Assembly (NCBI RefSeq): GCF_004010195.1
Contig: NC_057718.1
Location: forward strand, 63,324,008 to 63,344,007
Source: Chiloscyllium plagiosum
Lineage: Eukaryota
Direction: 5' to 3'
Length of the DNA: 20,000 nt
The translations under genes and the position numbers were made by a program. Below, piece by piece: positions 19,310 through 20,000 of the stretch; within the stretch, counting starts at the first letter, position 1, and each line of letters starts with the position of its first letter. The notes beneath the pieces are model-generated. The model did no database searches and was not told the DNA's origin. It was given only the letters and a program-made list of their open reading frames with translations.

Positions 19310-20000
19310 AAGAAAAAGGGGAAGAATGTAATGACTTATCCCCTTCGGGAGGTACCCATAGGGGACAAAGAGATTGGGTTTGTAAGTGCCCCCCTCACCA
19401 GTGGGGAGGTCAGAACATTTAAAAAGGAGATGAAGGTCCTGGTTGAGGTTGAGGATCCGGTAGAGTTGTCTGAACAAATTGATCAATATTTGGGACCCAG
19501 TCTGTATACGTGGGCTGAGTTAATGTCTATTTTGAATATACTATTTACTGGGGAAGAAAGAGGACTTATATGAGGAGTAGCCACTAAAATATGGGACAGG
19601 GAACACCCGATTGGAGATAGGGATGCTGGACAGGGAGAGGTAAAGTTTCCCCTCAGAGATCTCCAGTGGGAAAACCAAAACCCGGAGCATAGAGAAGAAA
19701 TGAGGGAATTGAAAGACCTGATTCTAAAAGAATCTAAGAGAGGCAGTTCCGAAGTCACAGAATTTGACTAGAGCCTTTGAAGTTAGACAGGAGAAAGATG
19801 AGACTCCGCATTAAGGGACTTAATGCGGAAATATTCTGGAATGAACCCTGAGGACTCAGTGGCACAGGGTCTTTTGAAAGTACATTTTGTGACAAAAGCG
19901 TGGCCAGACATACAGAGAAAGATACAGAAGATAGAAGGATGGAGTGAAAAACCATTAGATGAATTGTTGAGAGAGGCACAGAAAGTGTTTGTAAAGAGGG
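19310..20000 (+). pseudogene. gag: gag capsid (CA, Gag_p30-like), disrupted
   Basis: Y|PLREVP..GFVSAPLTSGEVRTFKKEM..EDP..YTWAEL..LFTGEER, TGA at 19571 (likely from CGA), frameshift near 19735, partly deleted major homology region VRQEKDETP, HFVTKAWPDIQRKIQKIEGW..PLDELLREAQKVFVKR. Confidence 0.92.

Larger units (their letters stand above)
16850..20000 (+). mobile_element. Defective class I (gamma/epsilon-like) endogenous retrovirus, 5' portion
   Basis: Order is LTR, tRNA-Pro PBS, splice donor, myristoylation-type gag start, MA, CA; continues beyond the window. Confidence 0.92.

Overview
Repeat-dense vertebrate genomic DNA. The repeat families point to a cartilaginous fish, most like a carpet/bamboo shark; this is inferred from an HE1-type V-SINE plus shark-type CR1 and Penelope families. 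No intact host protein-coding gene is recognisable. Positions 1-15250 are a nested pile of decayed retroelements: many CR1 LINE fragments on both strands, an APE-endonuclease LINE remnant, L2-like scraps, one young HE1/V-SINE with a target-site duplication (TSD), and several Penelope-like elements (PLEs) whose pseudo-LTRs (pLTRs) carry minimal hammerhead-ribozyme cores. A unique CpG-rich segment at about 15350-16400 looks like a promoter/first-exon region, with an RFX X-box, CRE sites, a CCAAT box and splice donors on both strands. From 16850 to the end lies a defective class I (gamma/epsilon-like) endogenous retrovirus (ERV). It has a 655-bp 5' LTR, a tRNA-Pro primer-binding site (PBS), and a 469-bp tandem duplication of R-U5-PBS-leader-gag start, giving two PBSs with only the second gag ATG intact. 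Its matrix is frameshifted, an unexplained ~720-bp T-rich block sits between matrix and capsid, and the decayed capsid runs off the window.
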